Positions 1-9,938 of a stretch of DNA of 64,000 nt are shown here, piece after piece. How positions within the stretch are numbered: position 1 is the stretch's first letter; each line of letters starts with the position of its first letter. The translations under genes and the position numbers were made by a program. A model generated the notes under the pieces. It searched no databases and had not been told where the DNA came from. It saw only the letters and a list, made by a program, of their open reading frames with translations. Where the stretch lies: NCBI GenBank assembly GCA_035495255.1, contig DATJGD010000012.1, positions 34,775 to 98,774 on the forward strand. Reading direction: 5' to 3'. The stretch is from Bacteroidota bacterium. GTDB lineage: Bacteria; Bacteroidota; Ignavibacteria; UBA10030; SZUA-254.

Positions 1-344
1 ATCCGACGGGGACGATCTGGGGATTCATTATAGGCTTAGCGTTCGACCTCGTCACGGGAAATTTCATCGGCCTTTCCGCTCTGACAAAAACCATTTGCGG
101 GTTCATCGCAGGATATTTCTACAACGAAAACAAAGAAGTCATCATCCTGCGCAGCTATCGCTTCATTGTGATCGTGCTGAGTGTTTCGTTCATTCAAAAC
201 GTTGTCTATTTTCTCATCTTCACGCAGGGAACCAACATCGGCATGACGCGCGCCATTTTTGAGTTCGGCCTCGTGACAACCCTCTACACAGCGATCATTT
301 CACTGATCCCCATGTTTATTTTCTCCCGCAAAACGAGTCGTTAA
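1..344 (+). CDS. mreD: rod shape-determining protein MreD, C-terminal fragment (5' end lies outside the window)
   Basis: Frame-3 translation (PTGTIWGFIIGLAFDLVTGNFIGLSALTKTICGFIAGYF...FSRKTSR) is a hydrophobic polytopic segment. It ends at TAA 342-344, 1 nt before the PBP2 start. The position matches the canonical mreBCD-mrdAB order. Not in the ORF track because it lacks a start inside the window. Confidence 0.55.
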   Translation, partial: PTGTIWGFIIGLAFDLVTGNFIGLSALTKTICGFIAGYFYNENKEVIILRSYRFIVIVLSVSFIQNVVYFLIFTQGTNIGMTRAIFEFGLVTTLYTAIISLIPMFIFSRKTSR

Positions 345-345
345 C

Positions 346-2163
346 ATGGCGCAGGATTCAGAACGTTCACCGCGGCGGAGGCTCTTTGTCGTACTGATCT
401 CGATCATGGCGCTGGTGTTTCTGGGCAGGCTCCTCCAGCTTCAGTTCCTCTACCAGGACGTCTACGGCAAAAAATCGGAAGAGAACAGCATACGCCCGAT
501 CGCCCATGATCCGATCCGCGGATACATGTACGACCGCAACGGATCGCTCATCGTCGACAACCGTCCTTCGTATACCGTGACGCTCACTCCCTTCGAAGTA
601 ACCCTGAAGACGATCAATTACCTGTCGGATATTCTCCAGCTCGATACCTCCTTTATTAAAGAGCGCCTTCGCAAGGGTATTATCTACAATAGATTCGCGC
701 CGATAAAACTTAAACGCGACATCACGTTCCGGGAGCTTTCGGCGATCGAAGAGCACCGTGGAGAACTGCCCGGAGTCGATTACCAGATCGAATCTAAGCG
801 ATTTTACCCGACGTCCGCCAAAGCACCCCATTTATTTGGCTACGTCAAAGAAGTTTCCGATCAGCAGATCGCGGACAATCCCGATTACCGGCCCGGCGAT
901 ATCACCGGAGCGACGGGACTCGAGGCCAAGTACGAGCAGGATCTTCGGGGCAAAAAGGGATATGAGTTTATTACGGTCAACGCCCGCGGTGAGCTTCTCG
1001 GCGCGTACAATAACGGCCAGAATGACGTCCCGCCAAAAGAAGGCAACGACCTCTACCTTGCCCTGGACGCCAAACTTCAGGCGTATGCCGAGTCTCTTAT
1101 GACGGAAAAACGCGGCGCGGTCGTCGCAATCGATCCCGATAACGGCGGCGTCCTTGCGATCGTCAGCAAACCCGATTATGACCTGACGATGTTCGGCAGC
1201 GTAACACCGGTCGATGTGTGGAACGCCCTGAACACCGACGAATCGAAGCCGCTGTTCAACCGCGCGACATTGACGCGCTACCCCCCCGGTTCGACCTTTA
1301 AGATGGTCCTCGCGGCCGCCGCGCTGCAGGAAGGGGTCATCAGTCCCGCCTGGAGCGTGAACTGCAACGGCGTCTTCCATTACGGCAATAAAATTTTTAA
1401 GGACCATATCCCTCATGGCACGACGAACTTTGTCGAATCGATTCAGCGGTCGTGCAACGTCTATTATTACCAGGTCATGCTGAAAGTCGGCCTGGAGAAG
1501 TGGTCGGAGTACGGCGCGGAGTTCGGATTTGGCTCTCCGACGGGGATCGACATCTTCGAGGAAAATCCCGGGCTGCTTCCCTCGGAAGATTACTACGACC
1601 GGACCTACGGCAAAGGACGCTGGACCCAGGGATACCTCGTCAGCCTCGCGATCGGCCAGGGAGAAGTCGGCGTCTCGCCGTTGCAGATGGCGTGCTATGC
1701 CGCTACCCTTGGCAACAAGGGTGAATATTTCACACCCCACGTCGTCCAGAAAATCCGGGACAAGGTGAGCGGGCAGATGTTTGATGTGCCGACTGAATCA
1801 CGGCAGGTCTCATTGTCCGACAATACGTGGAATCTCATCCGCGAAGGCATGCGACGGGCCGTCAACGTTGTAGGTGGAACCGCACTTACCGCACGTGTGC
1901 CGGGAATCGAAGTGTCGGGAAAAACGGGAACTGCGCAGAATCCACACGGAAAGGATCACGCCTGGTTCATCGGCTTTGCTCCCTTTGATCATCCCAGGAT
2001 CGCGATCTGCGTGCTGGTTGAAAATGCCGGGTTCGGCGGTGTCGCCGCCGCGCCGATCGCGGGAGCGTGTATCGAACAATATTTGTTTGGGAAAGTAACG
2101 AAGCGGGGGCCCGGGGGCCCTGTCACAACGTCCGCGCCTTCGGATTCCACGCAGCAAGACTGA
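346..2163 (+). CDS. mrdA: peptidoglycan D,D-transpeptidase PBP2 (elongasome)
   Basis: 605 aa with an N-terminal TM anchor, a PBP dimerisation domain and a transpeptidase domain (FNRATLTRYPPGSTFK with SxxK, SCN, KTGTA motifs). Followed by rodA with a TGATG stop/start overlap. Confidence 0.9.
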   Translation: MAQDSERSPRRRLFVVLISIMALVFLGRLLQLQFLYQDVYGKKSEENSIRPIAHDPIRGYMYDRNGSLIVDNRPSYTVTLTPFEVTLKTINYLSDILQLDTSFIKERLRKGIIYNRFAPIKLKRDITFRELSAIEEHRGELPGVDYQIESKRFYPTSAKAPHLFGYVKEVSDQQIADNPDYRPGDITGATGLEAKYEQDLRGKKGYEFITVNARGELLGAYNNGQNDVPPKEGNDLYLALDAKLQAYAESLMTEKRGAVVAIDPDNGGVLAIVSKPDYDLTMFGSVTPVDVWNALNTDESKPLFNRATLTRYPPGSTFKMVLAAAALQEGVISPAWSVNCNGVFHYGNKIFKDHIPHGTTNFVESIQRSCNVYYYQVMLKVGLEKWSEYGAEFGFGSPTGIDIFEENPGLLPSEDYYDRTYGKGRWTQGYLVSLAIGQGEVGVSPLQMACYAATLGNKGEYFTPHVVQKIRDKVSGQMFDVPTESRQVSLSDNTWNLIREGMRRAVNVVGGTALTARVPGIEVSGKTGTAQNPHGKDHAWFIGFAPFDHPRIAICVLVENAGFGGVAAAPIAGACIEQYLFGKVTKRGPGGPVTTSAPSDSTQQD

Positions 2164-3380
2164 TGAAGAACTGGTTAGCCGAACATATCGATTTCCTGGT
2201 GTTGTTTGTTGTCGGATGCCTTCTGACGATCGGCATCGTTTCGATCTACAGCGCGACGTACGATACCGGCTCGCGGGCATTCTTCCACAAACAGATGATC
2301 TTCGCGGGCATCGGGGCAATCTTCATGATCGTCATCATCGCGATGCCCTTCAGGACTCTTCAGCTCCTCTCGGTCGCGCTCTACGGAATTTCGATCATTA
2401 TGCTCGCGATGGTATTGATCGCCGGCAAAATCGTGGCAGGATCCAAGAGCTGGTTTGGCATCGGCGGCTTCGGCATGCAGCCTTCGGAGCTCGTGAAGAT
2501 CACGACGATCCTCGCGCTTGCCTCGTTCCTCTCTCAGCGCAACAGGAACCTCCGCCGATTCAAGGACATCGCCCTGGCGTTCGGCATAGCCCTCATACCG
2601 GTGTTTTTGATTTTGATGCAGCCGGACATGGGAACGGCGATCATTTACATGGGCACCCTTCTCCTGATACTCTATTGGGCCGGCGCCTCGAACTTTTTGC
2701 TGCTTACCCTTCTTGCGCCCGGCGCGGCGGCTCTCGCATCCCTTATAAGCACGACGGCATTTATTATCGTTATAGCCCTGACGTTAATTATTCTCTTTGT
2801 GCTGCGGGAAAACAGGCTCCTTGCGGCGATCACGTTTTCTCTCACCGTGCTCGTCGGTGCGTCGACGACGTTTATTTTTAACAAGCTCGCGCCGCACCAG
2901 CAAAAACGCATCCTGACGTTTCTCTATCCCGACGCCGACCCGCTGGGAGCGGGTTACAACGTCGCTCAATCTAAGATCGCGATCGGTTCCGGAGGGGTCT
3001 TTGGAAAAGGGTTTCTCCATGGGACGCAGACACAGTTGAATTTTCTTCCGGCGCAGTGGACCGACTTTATTTATTGCGTACCGAGCGAAGAGTTTGGCTT
3101 TCTTGGCGCGTTTCTCATACTGCTGCTGCTGACGATTCTTTTGCTCAGGGGGGTGAAGATCGCGTCGATGGTCAAGAGCCGCTACGCGAGCATCGTGGTC
3201 ATCGGCATCGTCTCGACGCTCGCCGTTCACACGACGATCAACATCGGCATGTCGATGGGAATGCTTCCCGTCATCGGCGTCCCGCTTCCATTTTTGAGTT
3301 ACGGCGGCTCGAATCTCATCACCAACATGATCATGGTCGGCCTGCTCCTTCACATGTACGCCAACAGAAAAGAGTACTAG
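2163..3380 (+). CDS. rodA: SEDS-family peptidoglycan glycosyltransferase RodA
   Basis: Start chosen at MKNWLAEHIDFLVLFVV..., overlapping the mrdA stop. Polytopic membrane protein whose C-terminal end (LPFLSYGGSNLITNMIMVGLLLHMYANRKEY) is SEDS-like (FtsW/RodA). The upstream extension in the ORF track (from 2067) is rejected. Confidence 0.9.
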   Translation: MKNWLAEHIDFLVLFVVGCLLTIGIVSIYSATYDTGSRAFFHKQMIFAGIGAIFMIVIIAMPFRTLQLLSVALYGISIIMLAMVLIAGKIVAGSKSWFGIGGFGMQPSELVKITTILALASFLSQRNRNLRRFKDIALAFGIALIPVFLILMQPDMGTAIIYMGTLLLILYWAGASNFLLLTLLAPGAAALASLISTTAFIIVIALTLIILFVLRENRLLAAITFSLTVLVGASTTFIFNKLAPHQQKRILTFLYPDADPLGAGYNVAQSKIAIGSGGVFGKGFLHGTQTQLNFLPAQWTDFIYCVPSEEFGFLGAFLILLLLTILLLRGVKIASMVKSRYASIVVIGIVSTLAVHTTINIGMSMGMLPVIGVPLPFLSYGGSNLITNMIMVGLLLHMYANRKEY

Positions 3381-3446
3381 GCAGGTAGTTGCCCCCATTT
3401 GCCATTGATGCGAAACGTTGTTATTATCTCCAACTGAACTTACGGC

Positions 3447-5894
3447 TTGAGGCAATTTATTTCTATGGGAAAATTAAAATCAAACCATGAAGTCCCGGCA
3501 GACCAGCTGCGCTGGCACTGCAACCCGAAGTACATCCCGGTAAAAACCACGAATGAAGTAAAACCGTCGAAGGAAATTATCGGCCAGGAGCGTGCGCTTC
3601 GGGCGCTTCGGCTCGGGCTCGAGATGAAGCATCCGGGGTACAACGTGTTCGTCACGGGTTTTTCCGGAACGGGGCGCATGACGACGATCAAACGGCTTCT
3701 CACTGAACTCGAGAACCGCGGGTCGAATCTGAACGACCTCTGCTACGTTCATAATTTCCGGAACACCGATCAGCCGACGCTTCTCGCGTTGCCCGTCGGC
3801 GAAGGATGCAAATTCTCCGACGATATGGAGATGCTCGTTCAGGATCTTATGAAAGATATTCCGGCGTCGTTTGAGACGAAACGGTTTAAGGATGAGCGCA
3901 AACGCCTCATGGAGCATTTTCAGGAACGCCAGCAGAGCGTCCTCAAGGAATTCGAGAAGCGGGTGAAGGAAAAGGGCTTTGAAGTCGTCCAGGTGCAGGT
4001 CGGTTCCGGCATGCGGCCTGACATCACTCCCGTGGTCAATAACAACCCGGTAAGTTTCGATCAGCTCGACAATTTGCTGAAAGAAGGCCAAGTCACGAAA
4101 GAGCAGATCGAGCAATTGTCAAAGGACCGTCTCGTCCTCGAAGGACAGATGGAAATCGTTCTCCGTGAGCTGCGGAACATCGAACGCAAGGCCAGGGAAT
4201 CGATGGATGAGCTTGCCGAGCGATTCATCCTTCCCATCGTACGGGACGAAATCGATCACATCCGGAAATCGTACAACAACGAAAAGCTCCACCGCTACCT
4301 CGACGACGTTCAGGAAAACATTATGGATGATCTGAACCGCTTTCGTCCCGCGGAAGAGCAGCAATCGCAGATCATGGGCATGCCGATGCCATCCCCGGAA
4401 GAAGACCGTTTTACCGAGTACCGCGTGAATGTCGTGGCCGACAATTCCGAGACAAAGGGCGTCCCGATTGTTATCGAAACAAATCCGAAATTCAAAAACA
4501 TCTTCGGAACGATCGACCGCGAGGTAGACCGGAATGGTGTTTGGCGGACCGATTTCACGCTCATCAAGGCGGGCTCCCTCCTCCACGCGAACGGCGGTTA
4601 TCTCGTCATCAACGCGCTCGACGCCCTTATCGAGCAGGGAGTCTGGCAGAATCTCAAACGAACCCTGCGCAACAACCTCCTCGAGATCCAGCCGATTGAA
4701 ACCGGCTTGTTCGGCGCATCCTCCGCGCTGAAGCCGGAACCCATCGACATCGACGTAAAAGTCGTCATGCTCGGCGACGCCTCGATTTACTTTATCCTCT
4801 ACGACCAGGACGACGATTTCAAAAAGATTTTCAAGGTTCGGGCGGATTTCGACACGGAGATGGCGAAGAAGCCGCAGACGATCAGGCACTATATTTCGTT
4901 CATCAAAATGATCTGCGACGACGAAAAACTGAAAGCGTTCAACAAGGCCGGAATCGCCGCCGTGATCGAATACGGGACGCGCCTCGCTGAGCGGCAGGAA
5001 AAGCTTTCGACGCGGTTTAATATAATCGCCGACATCCTTCGTGAATCAAACTACTGGGCGACGAAGGACGACGCCCTGCTTGTCAACGACCAGCACGTGC
5101 TGAAAGCCATCGACGAGCGGGTGGAGCGGGTAAAATTGATGGAGGAAAAGATTGAAGAGATGATTCTCAACGGCGAGATGATGATCGATACGGAGGGATC
5201 TGTCGTGGGACAGGTCAACGGCCTGACGATCTACGACGTGCGGGAGTACTCGTTCGGAAAACCTTCGCGTATCACGGCGAAGACCTCCATCGGCAACGCG
5301 GGTATCATCAATATCGAACGGGAATCCGAACTGAGCGGCCCGACCCACAACAAGGGAGTACTCATCCTCAGCGGTTATCTCCATGGAATGTACGCTCAGA
5401 AGAAGCCGCTCGCAATGACGGCAAGCCTGACATTCGAGCAGTCGTACGGGGGCGTCGACGGAGACAGCGCCTCATCGACTGAGATCTACGCTCTCCTGTC
5501 GAGCCTCTCAAAGCTTCCTCTCCGGCAGGACATTGCCGTTACAGGTTCGGTGAATCAAAATGGAGAGATTCAGCCGATTGGCGGCGTCAACCAGAAAGTC
5601 GAGGGGTTCTTCAGCGTGTGTAAAGCCCGGGGCCTTACCGGGAAACAGGGAGTCATCATTCCTCATCAGAACAAGAAAGACCTCATGCTGCGGCACGAAG
5701 TCGTGCACGCCGTCCGCCAGGGCAAGTTCCATGTCTACGCCATCGCGTCGATCGACGAAGGGATTGAGATTCTCACGGGGAAAAAAGCCGGAAAAAAATT
5801 ACGCAGCGGCGCGTTCGAGAAGGACTCCGTGCACCATCTCGTCGATCATACGCTCACCGAATACGCGAAGCACTGGAAGGAACTGAACCAGTAA
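3447..5894 (+). CDS. Lon-related ATP-dependent protease (AAA+ domain plus S16 Lon proteolytic domain; COG1067/LonB-like)
   Basis: 815 aa. N-terminal Walker A GFSGTGRMT, then a long helical insertion. C-terminal Lon-type protease core (GQVNGLTIY...GPSAG-like SYGGVDGDSASS...IAVTGSVNQNGEIQPIGGV) with the Ser-Lys dyad context. Confidence 0.75.
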   Translation: MRQFISMGKLKSNHEVPADQLRWHCNPKYIPVKTTNEVKPSKEIIGQERALRALRLGLEMKHPGYNVFVTGFSGTGRMTTIKRLLTELENRGSNLNDLCYVHNFRNTDQPTLLALPVGEGCKFSDDMEMLVQDLMKDIPASFETKRFKDERKRLMEHFQERQQSVLKEFEKRVKEKGFEVVQVQVGSGMRPDITPVVNNNPVSFDQLDNLLKEGQVTKEQIEQLSKDRLVLEGQMEIVLRELRNIERKARESMDELAERFILPIVRDEIDHIRKSYNNEKLHRYLDDVQENIMDDLNRFRPAEEQQSQIMGMPMPSPEEDRFTEYRVNVVADNSETKGVPIVIETNPKFKNIFGTIDREVDRNGVWRTDFTLIKAGSLLHANGGYLVINALDALIEQGVWQNLKRTLRNNLLEIQPIETGLFGASSALKPEPIDIDVKVVMLGDASIYFILYDQDDDFKKIFKVRADFDTEMAKKPQTIRHYISFIKMICDDEKLKAFNKAGIAAVIEYGTRLAERQEKLSTRFNIIADILRESNYWATKDDALLVNDQHVLKAIDERVERVKLMEEKIEEMILNGEMMIDTEGSVVGQVNGLTIYDVREYSFGKPSRITAKTSIGNAGIINIERESELSGPTHNKGVLILSGYLHGMYAQKKPLAMTASLTFEQSYGGVDGDSASSTEIYALLSSLSKLPLRQDIAVTGSVNQNGEIQPIGGVNQKVEGFFSVCKARGLTGKQGVIIPHQNKKDLMLRHEVVHAVRQGKFHVYAIASIDEGIEILTGKKAGKKLRSGAFEKDSVHHLVDHTLTEYAKHWKELNQ

Positions 5895-5985
5895 CTGCGG
5901 TCCCCCGCGTGGAATTGCTTCTCTAGCGGAATTTGCTAAATTAGGGAGGCGGCACGCGGCAATTCATCCCAATTCTTTCACATTC

Positions 5986-6522
5986 ATGATTCTCACGGAC
6001 GCGCAGATCCTCGAAGAAATGAGGAAGAAGACGATTGTCATCTCCCCCTTCAATCGAAAGTGTCTCGGCTCCAACAGCTACGATGTCCACCTCGGCAATT
6101 GGCTTGCGATGTACCGGGAAGAAATTCTCGACGCGCGCCGGCATAACCGTGTTCACTATTTCCGCATCCCAAGAGAAGGTCTCATCCTCGTTCCGAGCAA
6201 ATTGTATCTCGGAGTCACGGAGGAATACACCGAGACGCACCACCATGTTCCCTTCCTTGAGGGAAAGAGCAGCATCGGGCGGCTGGGAATCGACATACAC
6301 GCGACTGCAGGCAAAGGGGACATCGGATTCTGCAATACCTGGACCCTGGAAATTTCGGTGCGGCAGCCCGTGCGCATCTACGCCGGCATGCCGATCGGGC
6401 AATTGATCTATTTCGAAATTAATGGTGAAGTGGAAGTGCCGTACAACAGGAAAAAAAGCGCGAAATACAACAGGCGCACAGTGAAGCCGGTCGAATCTAT
6501 GATGTGGAAAAACTTTAAATGA
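5986..6522 (+). CDS. dcd: dCTP deaminase
   Basis: 178 aa. MILTD..IVISPF...GSNSYDVHLG...LEGKSSIGRLGI, the typical Dcd/dUTPase-fold signature. Confidence 0.9.
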   Translation: MILTDAQILEEMRKKTIVISPFNRKCLGSNSYDVHLGNWLAMYREEILDARRHNRVHYFRIPREGLILVPSKLYLGVTEEYTETHHHVPFLEGKSSIGRLGIDIHATAGKGDIGFCNTWTLEISVRQPVRIYAGMPIGQLIYFEINGEVEVPYNRKKSAKYNRRTVKPVESMMWKNFK

Positions 6523-6551
6523 TTACACAGAACCTGATGAAAGGACCTACC

Positions 6552-8630
6552 ATGAAATCAAGAAACTTGGCTGCAATTCTCTTTTGTTTGCTGCTTGTCG
6601 CTCCGTGTTCCTCCCTCCTCGCGCAAACGAAGCGCCCCATCGAGCTGGAAGACATGTTCCATATTAAGCGCGTCACCGATCCGCAGCTTTCTCCTGACGG
6701 AAAATGGGTCGCGTATGTCGTTACCGTCGTCGATAAGGCGGCAAACCGGACAAACAGCGATATCTGGATCGTGTCATCAAACGGCGGAGCCCCGCGTCAG
6801 CTTACAAATTCTCCCCGCCACGACCGGCATCCGCGCTGGTCACCCGACGGCAAGTCGATTCTCTTTGAATCGAACCGTAACGGCGCGTTTCAGTTGTATG
6901 TCGCACCCAGCGAAGGGGGCGATCCGCGGCAGCTGACGACGATTTCTACCGAAGCGAACTCGGGCGTCTGGTCACCCGACGGCAAATCGGTCGCGTTTGT
7001 CTCAGGCGTGTTTGCTGAATTCTCCGATAAGCCGTTTCAGGAAAGCGACGCATTAAATAAGAAAAAACAGGATGACCGCGACAACAGCAAAGTAAAGGCG
7101 CGTGTATTTACACAATTGCTGTATCGACACTGGGACAGCTGGGTAGACGACAAACGACAACACATCTTCGTTGTCCCGTCTGCGGGCGGTGAGCCGAAAG
7201 ATGTAACGCCCGGAGAGAATGACGCGCAGCCGACCTCTTCGACGTTTTCCGCCGGCGATGAATTCGACTTCTCACCCGACAGCAGGGAGATCGCATTTAC
7301 ATGCCCTCCCACCCCCACGCGCGAACAGGCATGGAGCACCAACCACGATATTTTCACCGTGAATCTTTCAACCGGAGAGCGAAAACAGCTTACCACTAAT
7401 CCGGCGGCCGACGGATTTCCCCGATACTCTCCGAACGGCAAGTACGTTGCATACCGCGCGCAATCGAAGCCAGGCTTCGAGGCAGACCGATGGCAGTTGA
7501 TGCTGTACGATCGCGAAACGGGGACAACGAGAAGTTTGTCGGAAGATTTTGATTCTAATGTGGAGGCCGTGGCCTGGAGCAATGACAGCAAGAAACTGTA
7601 CTTCGACGCGGAAGAGAAAGGGAATAAACCCCTGTGGTCCACTTCCTTAAGAAATAATGAAATGAACAAGCTTGTCGAGGCGGGCGTCAATGGCGACATT
7701 AGCTGTTCCCCCGGGGGGAAATTACTGGTGTATTCTCACCAATCGTTCACCCATCCGGTTGAGATCTATACCGCGGCCCTCGATGGAAAGAGCCAGAAGC
7801 AGTTAACACATGTCAATGATGAATTATTTTCCCAGCTTATGTTCACTGAGCCCGAATATGCTTGGTTCGACGGCGCGAATAAGACAAAGGTACAAATGTG
7901 GATCGCAAAACCGCCGACATTTACGGCTGGAAAAAAATATCCGCTCGTATTCTGGGTGCACGGCGGGCCGCAGACAGCGTTTCTTAACTCGTGGTCGTAC
8001 CGCTGGAACTCACAATTGTGGGCCGCACAGGGCTACGTCGTAACCCTCGCGAATCCCCGCGGCAGCACAGGCTTCGGACAGCAGTTCACCGATGAGATCA
8101 GCCACGATTGGGCCGGTAAAGTGTATGAGGATCTCATGAACGGCCTCAGTTATCTTGAATCGCAGCCGTACATCGATACAAGCAGAATGGCGGCGGCGGG
8201 CGCGTCGTTCGGCGGATATATGATGAACTGGTTCGAAGGACACACGGATAAGTTCAAGACAATCGTTTGCCATGACGGCGTATTCAATTTCTCGAGCATG
8301 TACGGCACCACCGAAGAAGTTTGGTTCGACGAATGGGAACACGGGAAGCCGTGGGAAAACCCGGGCGGGGATAAAGATTCTCCGAACCTGTATGCAAAGA
8401 ATTTCAAGACACCGATGCTGATCATCCACAGCGAGCTCGATTACCGCGTCCCGCTGAACGAAGGACAGCAGCTCTTCACGACTCTGCAGCGGCAGGGGGT
8501 TCCCTCGAAGTTCCTGTATTTCCCGGACGAGGGACACTGGGTGCTGAAGCCCGGAAACAGCGAGCTGTGGCATAAGACGATTTTTGAATGGCTCGCCGGT
8601 TATTTGAAGCCGGAAGTGGCAGTGAAGTAA
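6552..8630 (+). CDS. secreted S9-family serine peptidase (TolB-like beta-propeller plus prolyl-oligopeptidase alpha/beta-hydrolase domain)
   Basis: Signal peptide MKSRNLAAILFCLLLVAPCSSLLAQ. Repeated SPDGK propeller blades. C-terminal GASFGGYM (GxSxGG nucleophile elbow) with D and H downstream. Start moved from 6519 to the Met that begins the signal peptide. Confidence 0.8.
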   Translation: MKSRNLAAILFCLLLVAPCSSLLAQTKRPIELEDMFHIKRVTDPQLSPDGKWVAYVVTVVDKAANRTNSDIWIVSSNGGAPRQLTNSPRHDRHPRWSPDGKSILFESNRNGAFQLYVAPSEGGDPRQLTTISTEANSGVWSPDGKSVAFVSGVFAEFSDKPFQESDALNKKKQDDRDNSKVKARVFTQLLYRHWDSWVDDKRQHIFVVPSAGGEPKDVTPGENDAQPTSSTFSAGDEFDFSPDSREIAFTCPPTPTREQAWSTNHDIFTVNLSTGERKQLTTNPAADGFPRYSPNGKYVAYRAQSKPGFEADRWQLMLYDRETGTTRSLSEDFDSNVEAVAWSNDSKKLYFDAEEKGNKPLWSTSLRNNEMNKLVEAGVNGDISCSPGGKLLVYSHQSFTHPVEIYTAALDGKSQKQLTHVNDELFSQLMFTEPEYAWFDGANKTKVQMWIAKPPTFTAGKKYPLVFWVHGGPQTAFLNSWSYRWNSQLWAAQGYVVTLANPRGSTGFGQQFTDEISHDWAGKVYEDLMNGLSYLESQPYIDTSRMAAAGASFGGYMMNWFEGHTDKFKTIVCHDGVFNFSSMYGTTEEVWFDEWEHGKPWENPGGDKDSPNLYAKNFKTPMLIIHSELDYRVPLNEGQQLFTTLQRQGVPSKFLYFPDEGHWVLKPGNSELWHKTIFEWLAGYLKPEVAVK

Positions 8631-8665
8631 GAAGTACCGTGAGCCACAGGCCGCTTACGTTTCTC

Positions 8666-9022
8666 ATGGCAGCGTTGTTGGTTGGTTGCACTTCCACGAA
8701 TACATTTACCCGTGAAGAGCTTATCGCCGACCAAAGCCATAGCATCGTCGTTCACACGTATGACGGCAGAGTCATCCGGTTTTCTAAAGGCGACTACAGG
8801 ATCAGCCGTGTCGATCCCGGAAAGCTCGCGGGGAATGGAAAGCTGGTAGTAAATGAGACCTCCGGATCCGCCAGAGATTGGGAGGGAGATCTCACGTTCG
8901 ATGAAATTAAATCAATTTCGTACTCCGAACCGACGATCTTCGGAGCTGCTTCGGCTGTGTTCTTTATCGGTCTCGGCGCGCTGATCATATTGCTGGTTGC
9001 GTATCCGCCAAAAATGCATTGA
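8666..9022 (+). CDS. hypothetical lipoprotein with a C-terminal TM helix
   Basis: MAALLVGC lipobox, a soluble ~90-aa domain and a C-terminal hydrophobic helix. Start placed after the stop of the upstream S9 gene (the ORF track starts at 8588, inside that gene). Confidence 0.5.
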   Translation: MAALLVGCTSTNTFTREELIADQSHSIVVHTYDGRVIRFSKGDYRISRVDPGKLAGNGKLVVNETSGSARDWEGDLTFDEIKSISYSEPTIFGAASAVFFIGLGALIILLVAYPPKMH

Positions 9023-9034
9023 TGGAACAGGAAA

Positions 9035-9856
9035 ATGACCTTCATCCAAAAACTTCGTAACATCCAGCGCAAAAATAATTCATTGGTCTGCATCGGCCTC
9101 GACACCGATGTGACAAAGGTCCCCGAGTCGTTGTACCGTTGGGGTGATCCGCAATTTGAGTTCAACCGCCGGATCATCGACGCCACCAAAGATCTGGTTT
9201 GCGCCTACAAGCTGAATATTTCATTCTACGAGTCGGTCGGCGAGCACGGATGGTACACGGTGCACCAGACGCTTGCGCGCATTCCCGAAGAAATCGTGAC
9301 CATCGGGGACGGCAAGCGCGGCGACATCCCGAGCTCGGCCGAACGCCAGGCCCATCTCCTCTGCAACGATTGGGAATTTTCCGGAACGACGGTAAACCCC
9401 TACATGGGAGGCGATTCCGTCGAACCGTTTACCAGGAGACCCGAACAGTGCGCGTTCGTTCTTGCTGTCACGTCGAACAAGGGATCGAAGGATTTTCAAC
9501 ACCTCAAGGTCAACGGCAAGCCATTGTACGAGCACGTAGTCCGTACCGCGAAGAAGTGGAACAAGAAAAAGAATATCGGTCTCGTGGTCGGAGCGACACG
9601 CCCGGCGGAGCTGAAGCGCGTGAGATCGCTTGCGCCGGAGATGCCTATTCTCATCCCGGGCATCGGCGCACAAAAAGGAGATCTGGCCTCGACGGTTCGC
9701 TACGGCTGCGACAAGAACGGAGAGCTCGCGATCATCAACATCGGGCGCGCAATTATCAACGCCTCGACCGGCGACGATTTTGCGGAGAGGGCACGGGAAG
9801 CTACGATCCGGTACCGAAATCAGATCAACGAAATCCGCGAGAAATACTTCCGCTAG
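9035..9856 (+). CDS. pyrF: orotidine-5'-phosphate decarboxylase (long type-2 form)
   Basis: 273 aa. VCIGLDTD..., DGKRGDI, and a C-terminal IINIGRAI motif typical of OMP decarboxylase. Confidence 0.85.
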   Translation: MTFIQKLRNIQRKNNSLVCIGLDTDVTKVPESLYRWGDPQFEFNRRIIDATKDLVCAYKLNISFYESVGEHGWYTVHQTLARIPEEIVTIGDGKRGDIPSSAERQAHLLCNDWEFSGTTVNPYMGGDSVEPFTRRPEQCAFVLAVTSNKGSKDFQHLKVNGKPLYEHVVRTAKKWNKKKNIGLVVGATRPAELKRVRSLAPEMPILIPGIGAQKGDLASTVRYGCDKNGELAIINIGRAIINASTGDDFAERAREATIRYRNQINEIREKYFR

Positions 9857-9938
9857 TCGAAACTTTCCGTCGCGGATTCTTGCCGCGGCAGCCACCTCTC
9901 TTTATTCAAACTAATTTTTTCCCTATATTCAGTATCTA

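Noticed and set aside
367-1740. Minus-strand ORFs (154 aa and 302 aa) antisense to mrdA
   Set aside because: Arg/Asp/Val-rich antisense translations typical of GC-rich coding DNA. The plus-strand PBP2 has clear motifs.
2067-2162. N-terminal extension of the rodA ORF (MYRTIFVWESNEAG...) and the +2-frame ORF 2216-2881
   Set aside because: The extension overlaps the end of mrdA. RodA-like sequence begins at MKNWLAEH. The alternative-frame ORF is His/Arg-rich noise.
3447-5894. Possibility that the Lon-like protease is a BREX BrxL
   Set aside because: No BrxA/B/C, PglX or PglZ genes nearby. It is flanked by housekeeping genes.
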